From: an uncultured Gemmatimonadales bacterium
GTDB taxonomy: Bacteria > Gemmatimonadota > Gemmatimonadetes > Gemmatimonadales > Gemmatimonadaceae
DNA length: 64,000 nt
Direction: 5' to 3'
Assembly: GCA_963850905.1 (NCBI GenBank)
Contig: CAWKMU010000003.1
Span: forward strand, 320,001 to 384,000
The notes below the pieces were generated by a model. The model was not told where the DNA came from, did not search any database, and worked only from the letters and a program-made list of their open reading frames with translations. Below, in pieces: positions 63,555 through 64,000 of the stretch (positions are counted from its first letter, which is position 1; every line of letters starts with the position of its first letter). A program made the position numbers and the translations under genes.

Positions 63555-64000
63555 GCGGCGCGTCGTCCTTGCGGGTGCGCTCGTGAGCGCTGTGGCGCTT
63601 GCGGTCGCGTGGTTCGGCGTGCCGTTCGCCCTACGATGGACCAGTCGCAACGCCCAACTCACCGCGACCCGGGATCGGTGGGCCAGGCTCACGACATTGG
63701 TGGCGAGCACCAATCGGGTGCGACTGGCACTCGACGCGGCATTGCGGACGTCCGGCGCCGACCAATCCCGGCTCATCAATGGTGCGACACCGGCACTCGC
63801 TGCCTCCGCGCTCCAGGAGGTGCTCCAGCACGATGCGAGTCAGAGCGCGGTGCAGCTGGAGCGGGTCGATGCGGCGGGCGATCCCCAGCCCGCTCAACCC
63901 GGGTTGCTCGCGATACCGGTGCAGCTCCAGGCGCACGGCGACTTGTACGCGTTGGTCGACTTCCTGGGACGCCTCGAGACCGGCACGCCGCTACTCGTGG
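63502..64000 (+). CDS. GspM/PilO-like protein (partial, runs off window end)
   Basis: LEPRERRVVLAG plus TM helix, TPALAASALQ, GDLYALVDFLGRLE. Confidence 0.75.
   Translation, partial: MKASLSLSDLARRLEPRERRVVLAGALVSAVALAVAWFGVPFALRWTSRNAQLTATRDRWARLTTLVASTNRVRLALDAALRTSGADQSRLINGATPALAASALQEVLQHDASQSAVQLERVDAAGDPQPAQPGLLAIPVQLQAHGDLYALVDFLGRLETGTPLLV

Overview
High-GC bacterial chromosome segment; gene content and style suggest Gemmatimonadota (inference). Left part is housekeeping: thiO-like oxidase, lipA-pdhABC-lpdA-lipB, UvrD-family helicase, dnaE, accA, ricT/PSP1, metG and an M23 peptidase. It carries about 21 single-base insertions (one more at 38961) that look like a consensus artefact of two mixed haplotypes, not real pseudogenes. 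The middle holds a SusC/SusD pair, lemA/TPM genes and, most notably, a translationally coupled 9-gene envelope operon (30159-41974, minus strand). That operon encodes two paralogous YjbH-like barrel proteins with coiled-coil tails, a secreted coiled-coil protein, a ~1730-aa TPR protein, a GltF-like small protein, ExbB/TolQ, two ExbD/TolR and an AgmX/PglI (GltG-like) TonB protein, so it resembles the core of the myxobacterial Agl-Glt motor. The right part has dsbA, waaA, an EAL protein, an F1-only atpAGDC block, a sigma-70 factor, four tRNAs, accessory genes and the start of a gspL/gspM-like locus. Intergenic DNA has about 21 GTAG-type REP hairpins (some in composite elements, one pair bracketing a phage-like orphan gene), heptamer tandem repeats, and a 46-codon ABC-permease remnant with only its two ends. 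All calls are from motif recognition by eye; no database searches were run.
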